From positions 236,346,001-236,410,000 of the forward strand of contig NC_086097.1 in NCBI RefSeq assembly GCF_963921235.1: a stretch of DNA of 64,000 nucleotides. Reading direction: 5' to 3'. Source of the stretch: Mobula hypostoma. Its lineage: Eukaryota. Positions 12,492-24,659 of this stretch are shown here, one piece after another (position 1 is the stretch's first letter; every line of letters starts with the position of its first letter). A model generated the notes under the pieces. The model ran no database searches and had not been told where the DNA came from. It saw only the letters and a program-made list of their open reading frames with translations. The position numbers and the translations under genes are program-made.

Positions 12492-12527
12492 AGTCTCGAT
12501 GAAGGGTCTTGGCCCGAAACGTTGACT
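12492..12527 (+). ncRNA. Second tandem hammerhead copy (core TCGATGA, GTT triplet)
   Basis: AGTC-TCGATGA-AGGGTCTTGGCCC-GAAAC-GTT-GACT, exactly 180 nt downstream of the first. Confidence 0.55.
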
Positions 12528-14616
12528 GTACTCGTTTCCATAGAGGCTGCCTGGCTTGCTGAGTTCCTCCAGCAATTTGTGTGTGTTGCTGTAAGGTTCT
12601 GTTCAGCATTGAGATGAGCGAAGTTATCCATGCTGGTTCAGAGACTGATGGTTGTAGGGAAATAACTATTCCTGAACCTGATGATTTGAGACCTAAAGCT
12701 CCGGTACCTCGGAAAATCTGGAGAATGGGGTTGAGAGGGAAAGTAAATCAACCATGATCGAATGGCAGAGCAGACTTGTTGGGATGAATGGCTTAATTCT
12801 AATCATATGTTTTATGGTCTTAGGTCTACACCCTAAGTCAGGACTGAAACCTGATCTGTGGCACTGTGAGGCCGTGTCATAGAAAATAGTTAAAACTCTA
12901 AACAGTGAAAGTCAGAATCAGAAACAGTCAGGTCTATTGTCACTGATTTAAATTGTCTATTGTGGCAGCAGTACAGTGCAGGCATAGCAAATTATTATAG
13001 GTTCAAAGTACATTTATTATCAAAGTGCATATAGTATATATCTCCATAAACCACGCTGAGATTTATTTTCTTGCAAGCATATTCAATAAATCTATAGAAC
13101 AACAGCCATAACAGAGTTAATGAAAGACCACACCAACCTGGACATTCAAACAGAGCGCAGCAGACAACAAACTGTACAAATATAAAAATAAATAATAATA
13201 ATAAATAAACAATAAATATCAAGAACATGAGATGAAGAGTCCTTGGAAGTGAGTCCATTGGTTGTGGAAAAATTTCAAAGATTGGGCAAATGAAATTGAG
13301 TGAAGATATCTCCTTTGGTTCAAGAGCCTGATGTATGATGGATAGTAACTATTCTTGAACCTGATACCGTGAGTCCTGAGGCTCCTGTACCTTATTCCTG
13401 ATGGCAGCAGCAAGAAAAGAGCATGTCCTGGGTGGTGAAGGGTCTTTAATGATGGATATTTCTCTTGTGACAGTGTTTCATGTAGATGTGCCCAATGGTT
13501 GGGAGGGCTTTACCAGAGAAGGAGTGGGCCTTATCCACCCTAAGTTTGAATAAAAGTGGATGAACAAATCATACAAAAGAAGAATAGCGAGTGGTGGTCA
13601 TAGGTTGATGGACCATTCAGAAATCTGAAGGCAGATGGGAAGAAGCTGTTCCTAAAATGTTGAGTGTGTGGGCTCAGGTTCCTCCTTGATGGTAGTAATG
13701 AGAAATAGGATGGCAGTAACATGAAATGGAAGTCTTCACAAACCAAAAATTCCAAAAGACAGCTTGCCACAAGAAGTTGGAGTCCTAAATTAATTGAAAA
13801 TAGTCAGCAAGTTCTGCATCATTTTGTAAAATCTCTTTACCACACTACATGTCAGGGAATGAGATGTAAATATTGTGTTTTAATGAGTTCAGAATCAGAA
13901 TCAGAATCAGGTCTATCATCACCGGCATGTGTCATGAAATTTGTTAACTTAGCAGCAGCAGCTCATGGCAATACATAATATAGAAGAAAAAACTAATAAA
14001 TAATCAGTAAATCAATTAAAGTACACGTATATTGAATAGATTAAAAATCATGCAAACAACAGAAATAATATATATTAAAAACATGAGGTAGTGTTCAAGG
14101 GTTCAATGTCCATTTAGGAATCGGATGGCAGAGGGGATGAAGCTGTTCCTGAAACACAGAGTGTGTGCCTTTGGGCTTCTTCACCTTCCACCTGATGGTA
14201 ACTGTGAGGAAAGGGCATGCCCTGGGTGTTGGAGGTCCTTAAAAACGGAATCTGCCTTTCTGAGACACCGCTCCTTGAAGATGTCCTGGGTCCTTTGCAG
14301 GCTAGTACCCAAGATGGAGAAGGAAGTCTGAGAATCAGAGCGGGAGTGCGGCAGAAGCCATTTTGATTTTTTCTTTTTCTCATCAGAGGTAAGAGAGGCA
14401 GGACTGCGCAGGCGTGTGACGTCGGGCAGTGAAGCGCAGAAGATTTAAAAGGAAGACAGCTATATACAACGGGCAGCGTCGTATTGCGGGCACCAGAGTG
14501 AGCCGGGAGTAGAGTGAAGGCTTAAGGGATTTGTCTCAACGGGCTTAGGCGGAAACGGGCGAGGCAAAGTCGGTTTGGTTTTCAATTTTTCTTGTCATTT
14601 GAGGTAAGGGGGAAGT

Positions 14617-15560
14617 ATGAGTGTGAGGGCAGCTTGCTGTTCTCAGTGTCGGATGTGGGAGGTCCTGGAGTCTCCTAGCCTCCCGGACGTCCACATCTGC
14701 GTCAGGTGCGCCGAGCTGCAGCACCTAAGTGACCGTGTTAGGGAACTGGAGCTTCAGCTCGATGAACTTCGTCTGGTCAGGGAGAGTGAGGAGTTGATAG
14801 AGAGGAGTTACAGGCAGGTGGTCACACCGGGGCCACGGGAGACAGATAAGTGGGTCACGGTTAGGAGGGGGATGAGGAAGAATCAGGTAATAGAGAGTAC
14901 CTCAGTGGCTGTACCCCTTGACAATAAGTGCTCCTGTTTGAGTACTGTTGTGGGGGACAGCCTACCTGGAGGAAGCAACAGTGGCCATGCCTCTGGCCCA
15001 GAGTCCGGCCCTGTAGCTCAGAAGGGTAGGGAAAGGAGGAGGAGGAGAGCAGTAGTAATAGGGGACTCGATAGTTGGGGGGTCAGATAGGCGATTCTGTG
15101 GATGCAGTCAGGAGAGCTGGATGGTAGTTTGCCTCCCTGGTGCCAGGGTCTGGGATGTTTCTAATCATGTCCAAGATATCCTGAAGTGGGAGGGTGAGGA
15201 ATCAGAGGTCATGATACATATAGGTACCAATGACATAGATAGGAAAAGGGAAGAGGTCCTGAAAGGAGAATATAGGGAGTTAGGAAGGGTGTTGAGAAGA
15301 AGGACCGCAAAAGGTAGGAATCTCGGGATTACTGCCTGTGCCACATGATAGTGAGAGTAGAAATGGAATGAAGTGGAGGATAAATGCGTTGCTGAGGGAC
15401 TGGAGCAGGGGGCAAGGATTCAATTTTCTGAATCATTGGGACCTCTTTTGGTGCAGGTGTGACCTGTACAAAAGGACGGGTTGCACTTGAATCCTAGGGG
15501 GACCAATATCCTGGTGGGGAGACTTGCGAAGGCTACTGGGGAGACTTTAAACTAGAATGG
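14617..15560 (+). pseudogene. CR1 ORF1: zinc finger/leucine zipper plus SGNH esterase-like domain (frameshift near 15315)
   Basis: CSQCRMW...HICVRC, coiled coil LSDRVRELELQLDEL, VVIGDSIV, CLPGARV, IHIGTND, then DGLHL downstream. Confidence 0.9.
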
Positions 15561-15759
15561 TTGGGGAGTGGGAATCAAATTGAAGAGACTAGGAGAGAGG
15601 AGGTTAGTTCACAGATAGAGAAAGCTAGTAGACAGTGTGTGAGGGAGGATAGGCAGGGGACAGAGAAGGGGAGCGCTCAGATCAAAGCTGTATGGGAGAA
15701 GGAAGAAAATGATAACAAAGTTGTTTGCACCATTAGGGATAAACAGAGAGTAAGAGGTG

Positions 15760-18532
15760 GGGAGTTTCTTAAATGCATCTATTTTAATGCTAGGAGCATT
15801 GTAAGAAAGGTGGATGAGCTTAGAGCATGGATTGATACCTGGAAATATGATGTTATAGCTATTAGTGAAACATGGTTGCAGGAGGGGTGTCACTGGCGAC
15901 TAAATATTCCTGGATTTCATTGCTTCAGGTGTGATAGAATCAGAGGGGCAAGAGGGGGAGGTATTGCATTGCTTGTCAGAGAAAATATTACAGCGGTGCT
16001 TTGGCAGGATAGATTAGAGGACTTGTCTAGGGAGGCTATTTGGGAGGAATTGAGGAATGGGAAAGGTGTAGTGACGCTTATAATGGGGACAAGAATTGGA
16101 GGAGCAAATTTGTAAGGAGATAGCAGATATTTGTACTAAGCACAAGATTGTGATTGTGGGAGATTTTAATTTTCCACACATAGACTTGGAAACCCATTCT
16201 TTAAAAGGACTGAATGGTTTGGAATTTGTAAAATGTGTGCAAGATGGTTTTTTGCAGCAATACATAGAGGTACCAACTAGAGAAGGGGCAGTGTTGGATC
16301 TCCTGTTAGGGAATGAGATAGGTCAGGTGACGGAGGTATGTGTTGGGGAGCACTTCGGATCCAGTGATCACAATGCCATTAGTTTCAATATAATTATGGA
16401 GAAGGATAGGACTGGACCCAGGGTTGAGATTTTTGATTGGAGAAAGGCTAACTTTGAGGAGATGCGAAAGGATTTAGGAGGAGTGGATTGGGACAATTTG
16501 TTTTATGGGAAGGATGTAATAGAGAAAAAGAGGTAATTTAAATGTGAAATTTTGAGGGTAAAGAATCTTTACGTTCCTGTTAGGTTGAGAGGAAAGGTTA
16601 AACATTTGAGAGAGCCATGGTTTTCAAGGGATATTGGAAACTTGGTTCGGAAAAAGAGAGAGATCTACAATAACTATAGGCAGCTTGGAGTAAATGAGGT
16701 GCTCGAGGAATATAAAGAATGTAAAAAGAATCTTAAGAAGGAAATTAGAAAAGCTGGAAGAAGATATGAGTTTGCTTTGGCAAGTAAGATGAAAATAAAT
16801 CTAGAGAGATTCTACAGTTATATTAATAGCAAAAGGATAGTGAGGGATAAAATTGGTCCCTTAGAGAATCAGAGTGGATGGCTATATGCGGAGCTAAAAG
16901 AGATGGGGGAGATTTTGAACAATTTCTTTTCTTCGGTATTCACTAAGGAGAAAGATACTGAATTGTGTAAAATAAGGGAAACAAGTAAGGTAGTTATGGA
17001 AACTATGATGATTAAAGAAGAGGAAGTACTGGCGCTTTTAAGGAATATAAAAGCGGATAAGTCTCCAGGTCCTGACAGGATATTCCCTAGGACCTTGAGG
17101 GAAGTTAGTGTGGAAATAGCAGGGGCTCTGACAGAAATATTTCAAATGTCATTAGAAACGGAGATGGTGCTGGAGGATTGGCATATTGCTCATGTTGTTC
17201 CATTGTTTAAAAAGGGATCTAAGAGTAAACCTAGCAATTATTTCTGTGAGTTTGACATCAGTGGTGGGTAAATTGATGGAAAGTATTCTTAGAGATGGTA
17301 TATATAATTAAATTGATAGACAGGATCTGATTAGGAACAGTCAACATGGATTTGTGCGTGGAAGGTCATGTTTGACAAATCTTATTGAATTTTTTGAAGA
17401 GGTTACTAAGAAAGTTGACGAGGGTAAAGCAGTGGATGTTGTCTATATGGGCTTCAGTGAGGTCTTTGACAAGGTTCCACATGGAAGGTTAGTTAGGAAG
17501 GTTCAATCATTAGGCATTAATATTGAAGTAGTAAAATGGATTCAGCAGTGGCTGGATGGGAGGCGCCAGAGAGTAGTGGTGGATAACTGTTTGTCAGATT
17601 GGAGGCCAGTGTCTAGTGGTGTGCCTCAGGGATCTGTACTAGGTCCAATGTTGTTTGTCATATATATTAATGATCTGGATGATGGGGTGGTAAATTGGAT
17701 TAGTAAGTATGCAGATGATACTAAGATAGGTGGAGCTGTGGATAATGAAGTAGGTTTTCAAAGCTTGCAGAGAGATTTAGGCCAGTTAGAAGAGTGAGCT
17801 GAAAGATGGCAGATGGAGTTGAATGCTGATAAATGTGAGGTGCTATATTTTGGTAGGACTAATCAAAATAGGACATACATGGTAAATGGTAGGTCATTGA
17901 AGAATGCAGAAGAACAGAGTGATCTAGGAATAATGGTGGAATCTCATGTGGATAGGGTGGTGAAGAAAGCTTTTGGTATGCAGGCCTTTATAAATCAGAG
18001 CATTGAGTATAGGAGTTGGGATGCAATGCTGGAATTGTATAAGGCATTGGTGAGGCCAAATTTGGAGTATCGTGTACAATTCTGGTCACCGAATTATAGG
18101 AAAGATGTCAATAAAATTGAGAGCGTACAGAGGGGATTTACTAAAATTTTACCTGGGTTTCATCTCCTAAGTTACAGAGAAAGGTTGAACAAGTTGGGTC
18201 TTTATTCTTTGGAACATAGAAGGTTGAGGGAGGACTTGATAGAGGTATTTAAAATTATGAGGGGGTTAGATAGAGTTGACGTGGATAGTCTTTTTCTATT
18301 GAGAGTGGGGGAGATTCAAACAAGAGGACATGAGTTGAGAGTTAAAGGGCAAAAGTTTAGGAGTAACATGAGGGGGAAATTCTTTACACAGAGAGTGGGT
18401 GCTGTGTGGAACGAGCTTCCAGCAGAGGTGGTTGAGGCATGTTCGATGTTGTTATTTAAAGTTAAATTGGATAGGTATATGGACAGGAAAGGAATGGAGG
18501 GTTATGGGATGAGTTCAGGTCGGTGGGACTAG
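15760..18532 (+). pseudogene. CR1 ORF2: AP endonuclease and reverse transcriptase, broken by a few frameshifts and stops
   Basis: YFNARSI, ISETWL, VGDFNFP, SDHNAI, KSPGPD, GRSCLTNL, SGVPQGSVLGP, YADDTK, RPNLEY, FFTQRV across ORFs 15561-18532. Confidence 0.95.
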
Positions 18533-21089
18533 GTGAGAATAAGAGTTCGGCACAGACTAGAAGGGCTGAGATGGCCTGTTTCTGTGCTGTAATTGTTATA
18601 TGGTTATATGTTATATGTTATATGGTTATATGGAGCTGACTAAATTTAAAACCTTCTGCGGCTTCTTTCAGTCCTGTGCAGTAGCTCCCTTCCCCCCACC
18701 CACTGTACCAGACAGTGATGCAGCCTGTCAGTATGCTCTCCATGGTATATCTATAGAAGTTTTTGAGTGTGTTTGTTGACATGCCAAATCTCTTCAAACA
18801 CCTAATGAAGTATAGTTGCTGTCTTGCCTTCTTTGTGACTGCATTGATATGTTGGGACCAGGTTAGATCCTCAGAGATCTTTACACGCAGGAACTTAAAG
18901 CTGCTCACTCTCTCCACTTCTGATCCCTCTATGAGGATTGGTATGTGTTCCTGTGTCTTACCCTTCCTGAAGTCCACAACCAGCTCTATCATCTTATTGA
19001 CGGTGAGTGCCAGTTCGTTGCTGCGACACCACTCCACTAATTGGCATATCTCACTTCTGTACCCCCTCTTGTCACCATCTGAGATTCTACCAACAATGGT
19101 AGTATCATCAGCAAATTTATCAGTGGTATTTGAGCTATGCCTAGCCACACAGTCATGAGTATAGAGAGACTACAGCAGTGGGCTAAGCACACATACCTGA
19201 GGTGCACCAGTGTTGATCGTCAGCGAGGAGGACATTTTATCACCAATCCGCACAGATTATGGTCTTCCGGTTAGGAAGTCAAGGATCCAATTGCAGAGGG
19301 AGGTACAGAGGCCAAAGTTCTATAACTTCTCAATCAGGATTGTGGGAATGATGGTATTAAATGCTGAGCTAAAGTCAATGAACAGCATCCTGACATAGGT
19401 GTTTTTAGTCCAGGTGGTCTGAAGCCGTGAGAAGTGTCATTGTGTTTGCACCTGCCATTGACCTGTTGTGGTGATAGGTAATTTTCAATGGGTTTATTGA
19501 TTTCCCAGATACTGGGCAAGTTCAATAGACTGAGTACATGTATGCCATTTTTTTTGTATTGCAATGAAACCTAGAATTTTACTGCGGACAAATTTAATGA
19601 TTCAGGAGTCCCAGAGGGAGCTGTGATTAATGAGATTGCAGGCCAGAGATTGAGCTACAGAGCTGTGGTGTTAATTCTCCATCTCATGCTCCTTGGAGTG
19701 TGGCAGGAGGCTGCAGGCACAGGATAACTACATTTCAGACTCTTTTAATGGGTTTAGTCTGTTCCTCAATGAATCACAGCCTCTGCTTTTCATTCTCCTG
19801 AAGCATATCAGAATTGAGTGGTAGAGCGAATCTGATGTGCTTTGCAATATGTCAGAATCTCCTCACACTGGAAGCAGGCTGGTGTTCCTCAAGGATGATG
19901 AACATCATCTCTGCAAGTTCTGATGTGGTGACTTTTGTGATTAAATTGTAGTATTTTGTCATTCCTACAGTGATTCTTTAATAGAATCAGGGAAAACAAA
20001 TTAACAAAAGAGTTCGGGGCAGTTTAGAGATCTGACCCGCGCCTAACCTGCTGGTTCGGAAATCTGAGGTCCAATCAGAGACCAAGATGGTGGAGAGTGG
20101 GGATGGGGTGAGGGGAATTTGATTGGAATTGAAATTGGAATTGGTTTATTATTGCTACCTTCACCAAGATAAAGTGTAAAGCATATTGTTCATGCAGACC
20201 AGATTGTTAGGGGTATGGAGAGAAGGTAGGAGATTAGGGCTGAGAGGTAAATGGATTAACTATGATAAAATATCTGAGCAGACTCGATGGGTTAAATGGC
20301 CTAATTTCTGCTCCTATATTTTATGGTCTTATGGTCTTATTACATGGTGCATTGAGCCAGAATAAGCTAAAACAACAGCAATGCAGAATTAAGTGTAACA
20401 GGGTCAGAGGAAGTGGAGTGAGGGTAAACAGTAAGGCACAAGAACATAACAAGGTAGACTGTGAAGTTAAGATTCCAGTTTACCATATTAGGGAATGACT
20501 TAATAGTCTTAAAAATGCCCAATCCTTGGCTCAGGCTTGGGGCCTGAGCTGAGGTACATGGATATCAGCGACTAAAGAACAAGGTTTTGGGGAGGGAGTG
20601 AATTAAACGGGTTCAGTTAGTGACAATCCTTGCAGTAGACTGAGGTTTGGAACACATTATTCGGAAATTAAGGTTGGAAAGTTGAAGGATTTGGACAATG
20701 CAGGCAATTGGGCCAGGTGAGACTGAAGGAGAATTTTGAAGTCGGGATCAGGGCCTGGGTGGATGGTGGGGGGTGGGGGGTGGTTGCATGAAATTAAGGA
20801 GTTTGGGGAGAGATGCTTGTAGCTCAAACAGTCAGTGAGGTTGAAATTTGGAGTTAAGTTATGGGTCTTATGTTACTAACCACAAGGCATCATCTATCAG
20901 CAAACAGAACCTATTTGCATATCAGGGTCTTTAGGATGAAATAGCATAAATAATTAAAATCTAATTGCCACGATTGTAACTAAGAATGGATGATCCTGGA
21001 AAAATATGGACTAATCTTCCTGAGAATGTTCCGAGAGGAAATTTTCACAGTAGTTATCATCAGTCTGGGTGTCTCCAATGTAGAATATA

Positions 21090-21525
21090 AACAAGCTTGA
21101 AAGAGCGCAGGAAAAATGTATACATTTATCGCTGGGGCTTGAGGACCTGAGTTATAGGGAAAGTTTGAATAGGATAGTACTTTTTTTTCCCCTAGAACAC
21201 ATGAGAATGAGGGGAGATCTTACTGAGCTATTCAAAATTACGGATTATGCATGCAGGCCTTTCCTCCTCAGGTTGTGTGAGACTAGAGTCAGAGGTCATA
21301 GGTTCAGGGTGAAAGGGGTATCTGAGGGAAACCGTCACTCTGAGGGTAGTGTGAGGGTGGAACAGGCTGCTGGCGGAAATGGTAGGCGTGGGTCCAATTG
21401 TACCACTTAAGAGGTAAATGGATGAGAGAGATGGTCCAGGTGCAGGTAGGTGGGACTCAGCAGGAAACCAGGCTGGCATGGACTAGATGGGCAGATTGGC
21501 CTGATTCAGTGCTCTAAGACTCTAT
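21090..21525 (+). mobile_element. CR1 3' fragment (degraded)
   Basis: LEHMRMRGDLTELFKI...TRVRGHRFRVKG. Confidence 0.8.
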
Positions 21526-21702
21526 TTGAACCCAGGAAAAGTCTATTTTCATTTGCATATTGCTGATATAAACAATACTTCACAATTTAAATTTGAATGC
21601 AAGAAAATTATAAATAGATGTGTATAATGTTTTGGTGTTTATCGTGCTTAACAATTAGGTTAAGTGTGCAGTTGTTGGTGTTTCTCTTTGGGAATGCTTG
21701 CA

Positions 21703-21777
21703 TTTATATAGGCCCCCATTCGCTTGCCTTGGTCCTCATTGCCTACCCCTTCAATTGACCTTTGAATTCTATTGGCT
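21703..21777 (-). promoter_or_regulatory. Candidate TATA/CCAAT core promoter
   Basis: Minus strand order: agCCAAT (21771-21777), CAAAGGTCA (21756-21764), CCAAGGCA (21725-21732), TATATAAA (21703-21710), in apparently unique sequence. No downstream exon identified. Confidence 0.3.
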
Positions 21778-22266
21778 CACATTTCTTTGGCTCTTAGCGG
21801 TTCATAGATGGTGTCTATATGAGGATTCTTATTCTTTTCAGGCAGTCCCTTGGTATCATTTATGACTGATTCCTCTGTGATGTTTCAGATGGCTAATGAG
21901 GTGAATGGGGAACTATATACTCACCCACAGATGGGATCGCTCATGGCTGACAGGGCTAGTAAATGGTAGTCTGTGAAGTGCCTAACTCCTTTTACCCCTT
22001 ACTCATGGCCTCTGTGTGTTCCCAATTCTTGGCCTTGAGCTTTTCAACCTTCTTTCAGTGGGCAATGGGCCAAAGATTTCCAAGTGTCAGTGGAGATGAT
22101 GCGTTTCTTCAGGAAGGCTTTGAACATAATCTTGAAAGTTTTTTTTTCCACTGTCCAACTAGTATTCCCTTCTCATGTTAGAGATCAGAATAGACTACCC
22201 ATTTTTGGTGCAGCACATGATCCGCTGGTGGATCGATCAATGTCAATGGGAGAATGGAAATTGTTG

Positions 22267-22575
22267 ACACAAGAGATTCTGCAGTTGCTGGAGATCTTGA
22301 GCAACATACACAAAAGTGCTGGAAGAGCTCAGCAGGTCAAGCAGCATCCATGAGGAGAATAGACAACCCTTGAGTGTGTTGGCTGTGAATGCAAGCAAAA
22401 CATTTCACTGTATTCATGACAAATAAACTTAAAGCTTGAAGACAGTCAATGCTTTAGGCCAAGTTGAGGTGTCTTGATGAAAGGACTCAGCCCAAAACAT
22501 TAACTGCTTGTTCCATTCCATGGATGCTGCCTGACCTTCTGAGTTTCTCCAGCATTTTGTGCATGTTGTTGGAAA
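22267..22575. mobile_element. Degraded Penelope-derived foldback mini-element
   Basis: acacaagagattctgcag...tgctggaagagctcagcaggtca arm and its inverted partner tgctgcctgaccttctgagtttctccagca. Decayed hammerhead at about 22470-22506. Confidence 0.65.
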
Positions 22576-23557
22576 TAAATTGTTGCCTTATTATATTACA
22601 TGAGGTTTCAATTTCTACATCCTTATTTGTGATGGGTATATTACCTGCATCTGCAACCAACAGGCAGATAATCCATTCAAACCTTTCCACGTCTCCAGTA
22701 TCCTTCCACATTCCAAGAGATGTATGGGTTAGGGTTGGTAAGTTGTGAGCACGCTATGTTGGTACCGGAAGCACAGTGACACTGTAGGGCTGCCCACAGT
22801 GCATCCTCGAATGGTCATTGACACAAACTACGATTTTCACTGCATGTTTCTATGTATATGTGACAAATAAAGCTAATCTATCATCCTTTATTATACCAGC
22901 TTATTGGTCTCATTATAGTCTTATTTCTCTATTTTTTTAAAGGCTATATCTAACACTTTTAAAAAAAGTTGCTTATGGTTCTTGTTTCAACAAGCACGGT
23001 GTCATAGGTCCCATAGAGTGACCAAACACAAGAACTTGTTATCCAGATCTCTTACAGAACATCATTTGCAGCTTTATTATTTTAACATTGTATATCAATG
23101 ATTTTGTATTCATTTATAGGATGTGGGCATCACCAGCTAAGCCAGCATTTATCCCCCCATTCCTAGTTGCCCTTGAGAAGGTGGTGATGAGCCACCTTCT
23201 TGCAGGGGAGATTTTGCATAGTGGTAATTACCACTGGATCAGTAATCCAGAGACCCAGTTATACATGGGGAACATGAGTTCGAATCTCACTGTAGCACAG
23301 AAACTATCTGATGACCATGAAGCCATGTTGATTGGTGTAAAAACCCATTTGGTTTACTAATGTCCTTCACTTCTGGTCTACATGTGCCTCCACATCCACA
23401 GCAATCAGGCTGACTCTTAAATGTTCTCTGAAATGGCCCAGCAAGCCATTATTCAGTTGTATCCAACTGCTAGAAAGAAGAACTCAGTGATAATCAAAAA
23501 AAAAACAGTCAAGTTTTTCCAATAGTAATTAAGTAGAGAATCAATAACATATTGTTC

Positions 23558-23752
23558 AGAAACTCAAGTGATTCTGCAGAGGCTGGAAATCGAGAGTAAC
23601 ACAGGCAAAACACTGGAATGAAAAAACTCAGATGGTCATGTCGCATCAATGGAAGGGAATAAATAGATGACTTTTTTGGCTGAGACTCTTCATCAGGACA
23701 TTGACTGTTTATTCCCGTCAATAGACACTGCCTAACTTGCTGAGTTCCTTTC
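23558..23752. mobile_element. Degraded Penelope-derived foldback mini-element
   Basis: aactcaagtgattctgcagaggctggaaat...gactcttcatcagga...tgcctaacttgctgagttcc. Confidence 0.6.
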
Positions 23753-24222
23753 GGATGTGGCACGTTGTTCAGTTAATGAAGCAAGTGGTCAGTTCAATTT
23801 GGAAGCTGGGATGAGAAATGGCAAAGTTAAACCCAATCACTGCAGATGGAAACATCAGTGAAAAGGAAGAAGCATTAACACCTGGAATCTCTGTGAGGTA
23901 GGACTACGCTGCAGGAAAAAATAATTTTGGTTTGCAGGAGAATAGATCATTGAAAGCGAAGATACATTGTGCAGCAACTACAAGGAGAGAAACAAATAGG
24001 ACAGTTGCACGCAGAGTCACAGGAACAGAGGCTGAAGCCATAGAGAATTGGGAAATAAATGAAAAAAATTGGGAATAATCAATAGGTCAGGCAACATCTG
24101 TGGAGAGAGAAACAGATGATGGTTCTGGTTGCTAGCCTTTGTTAGAATTCATCAGCTTCCATACAAATCTGAAGGCTTCTTATCTGAATTATTAAATTAA
24201 GTATTGAGTCCGAGAATTTTTA

Positions 24223-24580
24223 TACAGTACTTAGGCACATATAAATAGCTTGGGTGCATGAGACATATGTGAGTGATGATAAGTCTGATCCACTCTTGTG
24301 GAATGACAGTGGGAAGGAGCATGGAGAGGGAATCGTGGTTGGGAAAATGGGAAGGGAGAGGGGAGGGAATGGGAAGCTAGAGAGAGACATTCTCTATGTA
24401 ATGACCAATAAACCAATTGTTTGAAATCAAATGAACTTGCCTGGTGTCCCAGGGCTGGGTGTGTCTGTGTCCATGCCAGCCCCCAGTTCTGGCACTCCCT
24501 CCCTGCCACATGCCCACACCCCTCCCATGGTGCTCCACCCTCGCCATTCCCAATATCCTACACTCCCCCCACATTAACAA
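24223..24580 (+). repeat. Composite repeat (Tc1-like hairpin remnant plus purine-rich unit), uninterrupted copy
   Basis: Homologous to 32176-32480 and 38863-39165 (shared agagagacatt...caataaaccaattgtttggaatcaaatga...ctggtgtc.cagggctgggtgtgtctg). Confidence 0.75.
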
Positions 24581-24659
24581 GCTCTCTCTCTATTCCATAT
24601 TGACAAGTATAATTTGTCAAGTCCAAAGATGAAATACTACTGCATTTTTGGAAGAGTAT

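Larger units (their letters stand above)
12130..13720 (-). mobile_element. Cluster of Rex1/Babar 3' UTR fragments
   Basis: LLPSGIRYRSLRTHGIRFKNSYYPSYIRLLN (13219..13413) and HTQHFRNSFFPSAFRFLNG, with repeated tails such as ttcaaagtaaatttattatcaaagt. Confidence 0.7.
14320..18629 (+). mobile_element. Full-length young CR1 LINE
   Basis: CpG-rich 5' UTR, ORF1, ORF2 and a (GGTTATAT)n-like tail. 6-bp TSD atggag at 14314-14319 and 18630-18635. Confidence 0.95.
13888..19460 (-). mobile_element. Rex1/Babar LINE fragment split by the full-length CR1 (pieces 13888-14319 and 18630-19460)
   Basis: ORF 18618..19148(-): KFADDTTIVGRIS...LVEWCRSNELALTVNK...KFLRVKISEDLTWSQH...LYFIRCLKRFG. (TCAGAA)n tail near 13890. 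Confidence 0.9.

Noticed and set aside
20911..21560. Octamer motifs ATTTGCAT suggesting an immunoglobulin promoter
   Set aside because: No leader exon, V segment or recombination signal nearby. A few hits are expected by chance in AT-rich DNA.
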